Both the position numbers and the translations under genes were made by a program. The notes under the pieces are model-generated. The model was not told the DNA's origin. It made no database searches and saw only the letters and a list, made by a program, of their open reading frames with translations. From Nitrospira japonica (GTDB taxonomy: Bacteria; Nitrospirota; Thermodesulfovibrionia; Thermodesulfovibrionales; SM23-35), in contig DYFC01000017.1 in NCBI GenBank assembly GCA_020725385.1, forward strand, positions 48,178-112,177: a DNA stretch of 64,000 nt, given 5' to 3'. The stretch's first letter is position 1. The number at the start of each line of letters is the position of its first letter. Shown in pieces: positions 29,916 to 38,326 of this stretch.

Positions 29916-31220
29916 TTATTTCTTTTTAATGTATATTCTTATTGGTGTGCCTTTAAAGGAGAAATGATTTCTTAATATCTTTTCAATATGTCTTATATGG
30001 AAGTCTTTAAAAGCTTCTGGGTGATTTGTAAATAGTATAAATACAGGAGGAGCGGTTTTAATTTGTGTAATATAATATATTTTTACAGTTCTGCCTTTAT
30101 AGCTTGGAAGGTTCGAGGTAGATAATATTTCATTAAGAACCCTGTTTAGTTCAGCAGTCTGGATTCTTTTATTACGTTCTTTAATAATTTCATCTATTAT
30201 CGGAAAAATTTTTGTAACCCTTTTTTTTTCAAGAGCTGATATAGTGATGAAAGGCGCATACTGCATAAACCACATTTTTCCGAGTAGTTCTTTACCAAGA
30301 ATTTTATAATCATTTTCAGGGTTTTTCATTAAATCCCATTTATTAAGAATAAAAATAGCACCTTTACCATATTCTTCGACAATGCCTGCAATTTTTTGAT
30401 CCTGTTCTGTTATTCCTTCAGATGAATCAATAACTATTAATGCTACATCACACCTTTCAATACTTTTTAAAGCTCTTACCAATGAATACTTTTCTACGGA
30501 ATAACTGAATTTATCTTTTTTTCTTATGCCTGCTGTATCAATAAGAAGATATTTTTTACCGTAGTAGGAACATATACTGTCAATCGAATCTCTTGTTGTG
30601 CCGGGTATAGGGCTCACAATCATTCTTTTTTTACTCAGGAGTGTATTAATCAGAGTTGACTTTCCTGAATTTGGTTTGCCGACAACAGCGATTTTCGGGA
30701 AAATTGCAGATTCTTCTTTATATTCAGGAAGTAAGGACACAAGTTTTTCCATAAAATCATCATAACCATAGCCTGTTGCTGCGGATAATGGTATCAGTTC
30801 TTCAGAACCTATTGCATAGAAATCGTATAATCTATCTTCCCGTGAATATGCATCTATTTTATTTACAGCCCAGATTACTTTTTTCCCGGATGCTCTAATT
30901 TTTTTTGATAGTTCAATATCAGGAGGAGTTAATCCTGCTTTACCATCAAGCAAATGGATGATGACATCTCCTTCTTCAATAGCAAAAAGAGCCTGTTCTG
31001 TAACCTGTTTTATGATTTCATCATCTGCTTCTGGATAAAAACCTCCGGTATCAACAACAATAAAGTGTTTTCCTTCCCATTCTGCATCAAGATAATTACG
31101 GTCTCTTGTAACCCCGGGTATGTTTTCTATAATAGCTGTACGTGTACCTGTAATTCTGTTAAAAAGTGTTGATTTGCCTACATTTGGTCTTCCAACGATT
31201 ACTACTATAGGTTTAGGCAT
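29916..31220 (-). CDS. der: Ribosome biogenesis GTPase Der
   Basis: Two G domains (GRPNVGKSTLFN, GKPNSGKST), DTGG/DTAG, C-terminal GTPIRI. Confidence 0.97.
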   Translation of the reverse strand: MPKPIVVIVGRPNVGKSTLFNRITGTRTAIIENIPGVTRDRNYLDAEWEGKHFIVVDTGGFYPEADDEIIKQVTEQALFAIEEGDVIIHLLDGKAGLTPPDIELSKKIRASGKKVIWAVNKIDAYSREDRLYDFYAIGSEELIPLSAATGYGYDDFMEKLVSLLPEYKEESAIFPKIAVVGKPNSGKSTLINTLLSKKRMIVSPIPGTTRDSIDSICSYYGKKYLLIDTAGIRKKDKFSYSVEKYSLVRALKSIERCDVALIVIDSSEGITEQDQKIAGIVEEYGKGAIFILNKWDLMKNPENDYKILGKELLGKMWFMQYAPFITISALEKKRVTKIFPIIDEIIKERNKRIQTAELNRVLNEILSTSNLPSYKGRTVKIYYITQIKTAPPVFILFTNHPEAFKDFHIRHIEKILRNHFSFKGTPIRIYIKKK

Positions 31221-31726
31221 ATATATTTTTTAAACTCCTCCACCATTTGTATCCATAATTCTGCTATTTCTTTTAATTTATCATCAAACTCCCTGTAATT
31301 GATAGCAGGCTCCATTACATCAAATAAAGAATCACAAAAATACCAGTTGCAACCTGAAGGTCTAAAAACTCTATTTAGAGAACAGCCATTTTTATTTAAG
31401 AAATGGCATGGTTCTGAATCGTTTTTACTAAAATCAACTTCAGGTATTTTTGCCTCTATGGCATGAAGGTAGATAAGATCTTCGAGATTGAAACGGCCAT
31501 GCTTACTGATACAACATACATTTTTACAATCGGGACAAACATTATCAGTAGCACTTTGAATAAAATAATCTATATCTTGTATGCCCTTTTTTATTTTTAC
31601 CGAAAGTTTTTTTATATATGCTATCTCATCATTCTGTTTGTTAAATAATTGTTCCATAAAGATAAGTAGCGACTTATAATCATTAATTTCTCTTAAATTG
31701 TAATTATCTAATATTTTTATATTCAT
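31205..31726 (-). CDS. Cys-rich hypothetical protein (CxxCxxxCC; YkgJ-like Zn/Fe-S chelating)
   Basis: CPDCKNVCC, CHFL..NGC.L...RPSGCNWYFC. Confidence 0.6.
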   Translation of the reverse strand: MNIKILDNYNLREINDYKSLLIFMEQLFNKQNDEIAYIKKLSVKIKKGIQDIDYFIQSATDNVCPDCKNVCCISKHGRFNLEDLIYLHAIEAKIPEVDFSKNDSEPCHFLNKNGCSLNRVFRPSGCNWYFCDSLFDVMEPAINYREFDDKLKEIAELWIQMVEEFKKYICLNL

Positions 31727-31752
31727 AATTCATGTGATATTTTGGTCTGAAT

Positions 31753-31780
31753 TAAAGATTTTTTTTATAATTGACGATAT
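31753..31780 (+). promoter_or_regulatory. Sigma28 (FliA)-type promoter upstream of the 6S-like RNA
   Basis: TAAAG-15 nt-GACGATAT; same layout as the element upstream of the MCP gene. Confidence 0.55.
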
Positions 31781-31789
31781 TAATATTAA

Positions 31790-31945
31790 GCTATCCCGGG
31801 TTTTGAGAGCAGAGGGAATAAATATAGTGTGTAATCCCGGAGTGCATGATGTGGTGTGCATGCTCTTCTAAATACAGAGAAGCCTAAAGCATCAGCCAGG
31901 GTTAAAATGTTATAAGAGCCTCTTTAGCAGATCAAAATCCGGGAC
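31790..31945 (+). ncRNA. ssrS: 6S RNA or 6S-like RNA
   Basis: 13-bp closing stem TCCCGGGTTTTGA/TCAAAATCCGGGA, AGAGG/CCTCT, A-rich central bubble, TAATCC-GG/CC-GGGTTA, TGATGT/GCATCA. Apical GGTGTGCATGC...GAAGCCTAAAGCA resembles 6S RNAs from memory; no covariance search was run. Confidence 0.75.
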
Positions 31946-31999
31946 AAGATTTAACTTAATATATATATCAAGCTATCATCTCTTCACCTTCTACTAATC

Positions 32000-32027
32000 A
32001 AAAGGGTTCAGGTTTTTGAACCCTTTT
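32000..32027. terminator. Bidirectional intrinsic terminator
   Basis: AAAAGGGTTCA-ggtttt-TGAACCCTTTT between the convergent 6S-like RNA and DegT gene. Confidence 0.85.
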
Positions 32028-32034
32028 AAGATTT

Positions 32035-33168
32035 TTAATTTATTGCAAATATTTTTTTTAATACATTTACAATATGTAATACTTCCGATTTTTTAAGTAA
32101 TGGATACAAAGGTAAAGATATGGTTCTCTGACCAATTTCCTCGGCAACAGGAAAATCCCCTTCTTTAAATCCATAAGTTTTTCTGTAATATTTTAACAAA
32201 TGGATAGGTCTATAATTTACAGCAACACCTATATTATTTTTCTGAAGTGACCATACAATCTGGTCCCTTCTTCTTGCAGGTACTAAAATTGTAAAAAGAT
32301 GTCTTGCATGTTTAAGCCCGGGTAACGTCTTTAATAGGTTAATCTCTTTTATTGTTTTCAAAAAAGTCTCATAATATTCCCAAAGTTGATTACGTTTTTC
32401 CCATAATTTATCTATCCGTCTCAATTGACCAAGTAAAAGAGATGCTTGAATATTATCCATGTTGTATTTCCATCCAAGAACCGGCATATCCCAGTGACGG
32501 TATTTCCCTGTATATCTATCTGCAGCAGATTTATCAATACCATGTAAACGTAACATTCTTAGGATCTCTGCAAGTTTTATATTATTTGTGCTTATAGCTC
32601 CTCCTTCACCTGAAGTAATATTTTTCGTAGCATAGAAACTGAAACAAGCAGCATCGGAGATTTGCCCTGGTTTTAATCCTGCGCGTGATGCCTCGATTGA
32701 ATGTGCGGCATCTTCTACTATTTTTAACTTATATTTGGAAGCTATTTTGTAAATTTTTTTCATATCACACATTTGCCCGTACAGATGTACAGGCAAGATT
32801 GCTTTTGTTTTTTCAGTAATAGCAGTCTCAAGAAGTTCTGCATTCATGTTGCCGGTGTCTTCTTCTACATCCACAAATACAGGTTTTGCACCTGTGTGCA
32901 AAATTGAATTGGCTGTTGCACAAAAACTCATTGGAGTTGTTATAACTTCGTCTCCATTTCCTATCCCGAGGGCCAGTAAACTAAGATGAAGAGCGGCTGT
33001 ACAGCTTGTAACGCCAACAGTTTGTTTTACACCCAGATACTTAGAGAAGGCTTCCTCAAAAAGGGCGACTTCAGTGCCGGTAGTAAGAAATATTGACCTG
33101 AGAACATGATTCAGCCTAAACAAATCATCATTATTAATGTTATGACGAAAAAATTCTATCTTTTTCAT
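32035..33168 (-). CDS. DegT/DnrJ/EryC1/StrS aminotransferase (ArnB-like)
   Basis: SCTAALHL, PVHLYGQ, EDAAH, FSFYATKNITSGEGG (PLP Lys), SLPLYP. Confidence 0.93.
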   Translation of the reverse strand: MKKIEFFRHNINNDDLFRLNHVLRSIFLTTGTEVALFEEAFSKYLGVKQTVGVTSCTAALHLSLLALGIGNGDEVITTPMSFCATANSILHTGAKPVFVDVEEDTGNMNAELLETAITEKTKAILPVHLYGQMCDMKKIYKIASKYKLKIVEDAAHSIEASRAGLKPGQISDAACFSFYATKNITSGEGGAISTNNIKLAEILRMLRLHGIDKSAADRYTGKYRHWDMPVLGWKYNMDNIQASLLLGQLRRIDKLWEKRNQLWEYYETFLKTIKEINLLKTLPGLKHARHLFTILVPARRRDQIVWSLQKNNIGVAVNYRPIHLLKYYRKTYGFKEGDFPVAEEIGQRTISLPLYPLLKKSEVLHIVNVLKKIFAIN

Positions 33169-33260
33169 AAAATATAGAAAAGAATATTTATTTTACTAAT
33201 GTAACATGATTATAAATATCTGAATATGATAAAATTAAATTAAAAAACTTTAAAAGAATC

Positions 33261-34220
33261 ATGGATAATATAATACCAGAATTTTCAATAGTTATTCCTG
33301 TTTATAATGAACAAGAAAATATTCCCGAGCTTTATAAAAGATTAACCGAAGTAATGGATACACTTTGCACTTCCAGAGAACTATCAATAAATTATTATGA
33401 AATAATTATGGTAGATGATGGAAGTACAGATGGTTCATGGGAAATCATAAAGAAACTTCATTATGACGATAAAAGGGTCAAAGGCATAAATTTTTCACGT
33501 AATTTTGGACATCATATAGCAATTACTGCAGGACTTGATTACATAAAAGGTAATACTGTAATACTCATGGATGGAGACCTGCAGGACCCGCCCGAAGAGA
33601 TCCCGAAACTTTATCAAAAATTTCAGGAAGGGTATGATTTAGTTTACGGAATCAGACAGAAAAGAAATGACTCTTTATTTAAGATATTGACTTCAAAGTT
33701 TTTCTGGTGGATTCTTAGAAAATTTTCAGGGGTGGAAATGCCAAAAGATCAAACAATGCTTAGAGTTCTGAGTAAACGACTTGTTGAATCTATAAAACAA
33801 ATGAGAGAAAATGCGAGGTTTATTCATGGAATGATGGCATGGGTAGGTTTTAATTCCGCTAATGTTGAAATCAGGCATAATCCCAGAACAAAAGGTAAGA
33901 GTAAGTATAATCTACCCAAGATGTTTAAATTAGCTTTTCATGCAGTGACTTCATTTTCAGCTATTCCTTTAAAACTTGCATCCTATCTGGGATTTTCAAG
34001 CTCATTTCTAAGTTTTCTAATAGGATTATATTTCTTATATAAAAAGATTTTTTTTAACATTCCGGTTCCAGGTTATGCTTCTATAATAGTTTCGGTTTTT
34101 TTCGTTGGGGGTATTCAATTATTAGTGCTCGGGATAATGGGAGAATATATAGGAAGAACATATCAGGAAGTGCAGCGCAGACCTCTTTATATAATTAAGG
34201 AATCATTTATTGAAGAATAA
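33261..34220 (+). CDS. GT2 polyprenyl-phosphate glycosyltransferase (GtrB/ArnC-like)
   Basis: IPVYNE, VDDGSTD, SRNFGHH, MDGDLQDPPE, two C-terminal TMs, GEYIGR. Confidence 0.92.
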   Translation: MDNIIPEFSIVIPVYNEQENIPELYKRLTEVMDTLCTSRELSINYYEIIMVDDGSTDGSWEIIKKLHYDDKRVKGINFSRNFGHHIAITAGLDYIKGNTVILMDGDLQDPPEEIPKLYQKFQEGYDLVYGIRQKRNDSLFKILTSKFFWWILRKFSGVEMPKDQTMLRVLSKRLVESIKQMRENARFIHGMMAWVGFNSANVEIRHNPRTKGKSKYNLPKMFKLAFHAVTSFSAIPLKLASYLGFSSSFLSFLIGLYFLYKKIFFNIPVPGYASIIVSVFFVGGIQLLVLGIMGEYIGRTYQEVQRRPLYIIKESFIEE

Positions 34221-34929
34221 AATACCAATAATTGAATTAAAATGGGATACCAGATTATTCAATAAAAAGATCGGGAGGCTTTGTTTACTTCCAGGTTACA
34301 TAAATAAGATTGACAAAATTATAAATGAAGCAAAATCCAAAGGCTTTTTATATTTAACCTGCAGAATTGAACCACCCAAATTTTCACAGATTCGTTTATT
34401 AGAATCTGCAGGATTTTATTTAACCGATGCAGGATTAACATTGGAAATAAAAACACCGAATTTATATTTAGGTGAAAATTTAATCAAAGTTCCTATCAAT
34501 ACAGCAACTATTACGGATATTCCTGTTTTAAAAAAGATTGTAAAATCACTTTTTCTTCATAGTAGATTCTATCACGACCCGTTTTTTACTAAAGATGATG
34601 CTGATAAAATCTATCAAGCATGGATTGAAGATGCAATAAAAGGGATTTCTGCCGATATCGTTTTCTGGGTAAAAAATAAAGGTTTCATTGTTTGTAAAAA
34701 ATCCCGTTTAAAAACAGGCGAAATTTCATTAATTGGGGTGGTTGATAAATTTAGAGGCAAAGGAATTGGTAAAGCATTATTGGCTTCATCATTAAAATGG
34801 TTTGATAAGGAGGGTTTCAGTAAGGTAAGGGTAAGAACGCAGTTAATTAATATCAATTCTTTGAATTTTTACCTTTCTCATGGATTTTATGTGTATTCTT
34901 GTGATATGGTGTTTGGAAAAATACTATAA
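34210..34929 (+). CDS. GNAT acetyltransferase, WecD/RffC-like (NDP-aminosugar N-acetyltransferase)
   Basis: LKWDTRLF, SRFYHDP, YQAWI, RGKGIGKAL, VRTQLIN..SLNFY. Confidence 0.8.
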   Translation: MKNKIPIIELKWDTRLFNKKIGRLCLLPGYINKIDKIINEAKSKGFLYLTCRIEPPKFSQIRLLESAGFYLTDAGLTLEIKTPNLYLGENLIKVPINTATITDIPVLKKIVKSLFLHSRFYHDPFFTKDDADKIYQAWIEDAIKGISADIVFWVKNKGFIVCKKSRLKTGEISLIGVVDKFRGKGIGKALLASSLKWFDKEGFSKVRVRTQLININSLNFYLSHGFYVYSCDMVFGKIL

Positions 34930-35027
34930 CTTTTACAGATTGTAAAGTATTTTTGAATCGGGAGATACAGATAAATCTTCCTAATTGAATTAAATTAATA
35001 CATCACTGATGGAGGTATTTATTTAAA

Positions 35028-35504
35028 ATGGATAAAAAGCCTGTTTTGGTTCTAGGAATCGGTAATCTGCTTTTCAGAGACGATGGGGTAGGACTTCACG
35101 TGGTAGAAAGACTTAAAACTATGTCATTGCCTTCAAATGTTGAGATAATAGAAGGAGGAATAGCAGCTTTTGATATAGTATATATGATTGAAAACAGAAA
35201 AAAAGTTATAGTTATAGATGCTATAAAAGCAGAAGGAGAACCGGGAATGATATACCGCTTTACCGGAGATGATTTTATTGAAAAAAGAAAAAATGCATTG
35301 AAATCACCTGCTGAAGCTGAATTTGCGGATTATTATAATACAACGTGCATTATGGGAACAGCTCCGGAAGAGCTTATTGTAATAGGCATAGAACCATTCG
35401 ACACAGGAGATAAAGACGGAAAGCTTAAAATCGAGTTATCTCCTGTGCTTCAGTCAAAACTACCTGATATTATTGAGATGGTTTTAAAAGAAATAAGGAT
35501 TTGA
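35028..35504 (+). CDS. Hydrogenase maturation protease paralog 1 (lacks the conserved His)
   Basis: LGIGNLLFRDDGVG, VIDA, PGMIYR, IGIEP; SPAE where SxH is expected. Confidence 0.85.
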   Translation: MDKKPVLVLGIGNLLFRDDGVGLHVVERLKTMSLPSNVEIIEGGIAAFDIVYMIENRKKVIVIDAIKAEGEPGMIYRFTGDDFIEKRKNALKSPAEAEFADYYNTTCIMGTAPEELIVIGIEPFDTGDKDGKLKIELSPVLQSKLPDIIEMVLKEIRI

Positions 35505-35568
35505 TAATTATTTTTTTAGGTATAAAGGCCAAATTATAAATTAATAATAGTCGAGAGGTTGAGATTAA

Positions 35569-36036
35569 ATGGATAAAAAACCTATTTTGATTTTGGGTCT
35601 TGGCAATCTTCTCTTGAAAGATGAAGGAATAGGAGTGCATGTTGTTCAAAGAATGATGAATATGTCATTGCCCCCTGATGTTGAAGTTCTTGATGGCGGT
35701 ACACTTGGCATGAAGCTTATCTATTATATTGAAAACAGAACCAAGGTTATTGTTATAGATGCTGTGTTAATCGATGATCAACCCGGAACAATTTACCGTT
35801 TTACAGGTAAAGACCTGTTGGAAGGAAATGCATGTCAATTATTTTCTGCTCATGATATTAATTTTACCCATGTTTTAAAAAATGCCGAGATGTTTGGGAA
35901 TACACCAGGTGAAGTAGTATTTATCGGAATTAAACCGGAAGATATAAGTCCCGGAATTGAATTAACTCCAGTAATTGAAGCACAGATTCCGAGAATTCTT
36001 GAATTGGTATTAAAAGAAATCGAAGTCTCAAAATGA
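35569..36036 (+). CDS. Hydrogenase maturation protease paralog 2 (HyaD/HybD family)
   Basis: LGLGNLLLKDEGIG, DGGTLG, VIDA, SAHD, IGIKP. Confidence 0.92.
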   Translation: MDKKPILILGLGNLLLKDEGIGVHVVQRMMNMSLPPDVEVLDGGTLGMKLIYYIENRTKVIVIDAVLIDDQPGTIYRFTGKDLLEGNACQLFSAHDINFTHVLKNAEMFGNTPGEVVFIGIKPEDISPGIELTPVIEAQIPRILELVLKEIEVSK

Positions 36037-37880
36037 TATTGAGAGCCTCGAAATTTATATTTATTTCACTTGTTTTTATATTCATATTCGGAATGTTTGC
36101 CGGACGTATATGGGACCCTGATTTCTGGTGGCATTTGAAGACGGGTGAATATATTTATTCTACCGGCTCTTTGCCGGAGACTGACCCTTTTGCTTATACT
36201 TCTCTTCCTAAAGATCCTTTAAACCCTGAATCTAAAAGAATCAAATTTATTTTAACTTCTTACTGGCTTTCTCAAATAATATTTTTCTTAATTTACAAAA
36301 TGGCAGGATTTCAGGGAATTATAATTTTTAGAGCAACAATTCTCACGGCACTCGTTTTTTTTGTTTATATGGCGATTAAAAGGGAAGGCGCTAACTTCTA
36401 TACTTCAATAATCATGATTATTCCCTTGGCTATAATATTGAGCAATTTCACCGGTGAAAGACCACAGCTTTTTTCTTTCTTTTTTTCATTTCTTCTTATT
36501 TATTTATTTGAAGGTTTCAGAATGTCTAAAATAAAAATTTCTTGGTCTTCATATCAGGAAATCAACTCAGAACGCCGACATGCCAATTTATTATATCTAT
36601 TACCTGTCCCTTTCATTATGCTCCTGTGGGCAAACATGCATGGCGGAGTTTTTATAGGGGTTGCAATTCTATCTATATATGTTATCTGTGAAATTATTAA
36701 ATTCTTTAGATATAAATCCGCGAGTGTTCTGTCTTCCAAAGAGCTAAAAATACTCGTTATAATCGGTTTCATCTCGATTTTAATGACAATTTTAAATCCA
36801 AATAAATGGGATGTTTTTTCTGTTTTGATTGAGTTTCAAAAAAGTAAATACATGGAATCAATTGTTGAGTCAAGGTCACCTTTTAATTTTCTTTCCTCGG
36901 GTTTTTATAATCAAGAGCTTATAACATATATTTTTTTAATAATAATTTGTATCTTCTTTATGATTATAAATTTTAAACGCCTGGATATAACAGATATTGG
37001 AATAGTATCATTTTTTCTCTATATAAGTGTTACTTCGGCAAGAACAATACCTTTTTTTGCAACAATATCTACCTTGTTTATAGCACGTTATGCAATAAAA
37101 ACTATAAGAACGCTAAATTATATCGAGAAATTAAGAAGTTTCGCTGGAAAAATTAAATTAGGATCTCTACAATCTGTATTGATAACTTCATTGTCAATTG
37201 TTTTGTTTATAGTTCTTGTGAACACCAGAATAATGAATAAGGGCATTGTGTGGGAGAGATATCCTAAAGGTTCTGCTGAATTCCTGAAAAATAATAAGAT
37301 TTATGGAAATATGCTGAATCCATATGTATGGGGAGGTTATCTAATATGGACATTATATCCTGATTATAAAGTTTTTGTAGATGGAAGAGGTTTGATAGAA
37401 GAAGTTTTTTTCCAGAATTCCAAGATATTTAGTGCGAATTTACAGCAGTTTGGGGATATTCCTGAATGGCAGGCTTTTATGAAAGCATATAATATAAATT
37501 TTATAATAACTTATTCTGTTAATGATTTCTCCGGCAAGCTGATTCCAATTATTCCATTTATTATGAATGACCCTGAATGGTTATTTGTATATATGGATAA
37601 TAATTCACTGATATTTGTTAAAGAAAGTCCTGAAAATTCCGGAATTATCGAGAAATATTCGATGCCAAAAAAATGGGTATGGAATGAAGTTATAACAGAG
37701 GCTGCTTACAAAGTTAAAAAAGTGCCTGAAAAAACTAATTTTTATATAACAATGGGAGATGCTTTTTTTGCCAAACAGGATTTCCAGGATGCAAGAACAA
37801 TGTATTTGAAAGCCAGAGAGTTTAACCCTTCAAATCCGGTTGTAATTCAAAGACTAAATTCATTGAACTCAATACAATAA
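36033..37880 (+). CDS. Polytopic membrane protein, probable GT-C-fold glycosyltransferase, with C-terminal TPR
   Basis: DPDFWWHLKTG after TM1, ERPQLF, LWANMHGG, many TMs, WGGYLIW..VFVDGR, terminal TPR-like helix pair. Confidence 0.6.
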   Translation: MILRASKFIFISLVFIFIFGMFAGRIWDPDFWWHLKTGEYIYSTGSLPETDPFAYTSLPKDPLNPESKRIKFILTSYWLSQIIFFLIYKMAGFQGIIIFRATILTALVFFVYMAIKREGANFYTSIIMIIPLAIILSNFTGERPQLFSFFFSFLLIYLFEGFRMSKIKISWSSYQEINSERRHANLLYLLPVPFIMLLWANMHGGVFIGVAILSIYVICEIIKFFRYKSASVLSSKELKILVIIGFISILMTILNPNKWDVFSVLIEFQKSKYMESIVESRSPFNFLSSGFYNQELITYIFLIIICIFFMIINFKRLDITDIGIVSFFLYISVTSARTIPFFATISTLFIARYAIKTIRTLNYIEKLRSFAGKIKLGSLQSVLITSLSIVLFIVLVNTRIMNKGIVWERYPKGSAEFLKNNKIYGNMLNPYVWGGYLIWTLYPDYKVFVDGRGLIEEVFFQNSKIFSANLQQFGDIPEWQAFMKAYNINFIITYSVNDFSGKLIPIIPFIMNDPEWLFVYMDNNSLIFVKESPENSGIIEKYSMPKKWVWNEVITEAAYKVKKVPEKTNFYITMGDAFFAKQDFQDARTMYLKAREFNPSNPVVIQRLNSLNSIQ

Positions 37881-37925
37881 TTATTATATTTCTCAAAAAT
37901 ACCTTTTCAAATAAAAATCATCGGA

Positions 37926-37948
37926 TTAACCCTCCTTAGGCGGGTTAA
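37926..37948 (+). terminator. Hairpin downstream of the membrane protein gene
   Basis: TTAACCC-tccttaggc-GGGTTAA; weak U-tract. Confidence 0.45.
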
Positions 37949-37950
37949 CT

Positions 37951-38140
37951 TAAAAAATGCATTTGAAATAATGCAGATGTTGCAAGAAAATTTATTTTTC
38001 GATACCTTAGTGGACGCTTAAAGATGATTTACCATTAACTTTTTTATTCATTACCAATAAATATCTTTTGATATAAAAATTATCGAGTTAAGTAAATTTT
38101 TGAGCAATGTCTGCATTATTTGGGTTAAATGACTTTTTGA
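37951..38140 (+). repeat. Long nested imperfect inverted repeat (~190 nt rod)
   Basis: AAATAATGCAGATGTTGC (37966-37983) pairs with GCAATGTCTGCATTATTT (38104-38121), plus three further nested stems. Confidence 0.75.
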
Positions 38141-38161
38141 GCAAGTCTGTTTTTTTCGGGT

Positions 38162-38189
38162 TAAAGAAATAATTTCAAATGGACGATAA
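38162..38189 (+). promoter_or_regulatory. Sigma28-type promoter of the MCP gene
   Basis: TAAAG-15 nt-GACGATAA; MCP genes are typical FliA targets. Confidence 0.65.
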
Positions 38190-38326
38190 TTTAATTAAAG
38201 TATTAAAAATAAAATGTGCAGTTTTCAAAGAAATCACCTCTGTATTCTTTGTCAAAGCAAATTGGTTAGGTTGATAATCTGAAACAGATGTCTTTTCAAT
38301 GAATTACTGCGCAAGGAGGTTTAATT

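Noticed and set aside
34943-34970. Possible sigma28 promoter before the hydrogenase proteases (TAAAGTAT...GAGATA)
   Set aside because: The -10 element is a poor match at the required spacing.
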